A stretch of DNA of 64,000 bases from Naegleria gruberi (taxonomy: Eukaryota): assembly GCA_000004985.1 (NCBI GenBank), contig GG738890.1; one strand, given 5' to 3'. The notes beneath the pieces are model-generated. The model had not been told where the DNA came from. It did not search any database and worked only from the letters and a program-made list of their open reading frames with translations. The translations under genes and the position numbers were made by a program. Positions 63,413 through 64,000 of the stretch are shown here, in pieces; position 1 is the first letter of the stretch; every line of letters begins with the position of its first letter.

Positions 63413-64000
63413 GCATGGCTTTGGGGACAATACGCTGGTACAGCTCTCTTACTGAACTCAGCCATTATTGGTTTAGGGGCCTTCCTCTGTCCAATTATTT
63501 TGAATGGATTGATCGCATCTGATTCGCCATCGTCCACAATCACTACGAATAGTACTAGTTCATCATTCAGTTTTGCATTTGAACAAACAATTTTAGCAAC
63601 CTTTGAAAATTCCACCTCAAACTCTACCTCAATTAATGTGGATGCAATAGTGAATGGTAATTGGAGATTTACCTATGTAATTATTGGAGGTGTTTTATTT
63701 GCATCTGTAGCTATTCTATTACCTTTATTCCAAGTTATTCTAACCAAATTTGAATTATACAGACTCCATGGAATTATTTCAATTGATGGAATGGAAGAGG
63801 AAAATCTTAAAAAAACAATCGAAGCATACACAAAGAAACCAAAAGAGGAAGAATATGAAATGAAACAATCTCCAAGTATGGTTACGAATGAAATGATTCC
63901 TTCCCAGAGTACAGTAGACTTTTTAGAAAAAGAAGAGGAAATCGAGAAACAAGAAAAAGAAGAGGAAATGAAAGAGGGATTCTCTTTTGGTAAGATTATA
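63413..64000 (+). CDS. MFS transporter (MFSD4/NaGLT1-like), exon 3, open to the window end
   Basis: AWLWGQYAGTALLLNSAIIGLGAFLCPIIL... more TM helices, then an acidic/K-rich loop; no stop before position 64000. Confidence 0.65.

Noticed and set aside
1-64000. CRISPR arrays, prokaryotic defence systems, operons and integrated mobile elements
   Set aside because: No direct-repeat/spacer arrays, no Cas-like, integrase, transposase or reverse-transcriptase ORFs; all recognisable genes are eukaryotic and intron-containing

Overview
This window is a compact, AT-rich (~30% GC) eukaryotic nuclear region, not a prokaryotic island. It holds about 40 protein-coding genes on both strands (~1 gene per 1.6 kb) and one tRNA-Lys(UUU); no rRNA, CRISPR array, transposon or prokaryotic defence/operon structure was found. 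Many genes are interrupted by very short GT-AG introns, mostly 39-55 nt with a few of 88-152 nt. Donors read GTAAGT, GTATGT, GTACGT or GTTTGT, and some introns carry TACTAAC-like branch sites. Several ORF-track entries therefore begin at TTG because they are internal exons, and several genes need splicing to bypass in-frame stops. The proteins are rich in poly-Q, poly-N and S/T tracts encoded by CAA/AAT repeats, which suggests an AT-rich protist (amoebozoan/dictyostelid-like) or early-diverging fungus-like lineage, but the lineage cannot be fixed from sequence alone. Recognisable genes are: an AADAC/HSL-like esterase, an MDR quinone oxidoreductase, a degenerate Rho-like GTPase, an EngB/GTPBP8-like GTPase, a TBC RabGAP, NELF-C/D, a TDP2-like phosphodiesterase with a ubiquitin-like N-terminus, an M3 peptidase (MIP-like), a degenerate cyclase-homology-domain protein, a retinoblastoma-like pocket protein, a kinesin, dolichyldiphosphatase, Arp1/centractin, a Ras with CAAX box, a HEAT-repeat protein, the PP4 catalytic subunit, a B-type cyclin, an ATAD1/Msp1-like AAA ATPase, two F-box/LRR proteins flanking a GPI-anchored secreted protein, a DUF4116-like repeat protein, an AIF/FSP1-like oxidoreductase with a DEP-like N-terminus, a Rab GTPase, and an MFSD4-like MFS transporter that runs off the window end. 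The remaining ORFs are lineage-specific low-complexity proteins. Points worth a second look: E2F-like GC palindromes in promoters beside the Rb homologue; a Ras exon junction that cannot keep Gly60-Gln61 under canonical splicing; a Rho-like gene missing switch II; a frame break in a Q/N-rich gene; and GC-rich hairpin/islands in otherwise AT-rich spacers.
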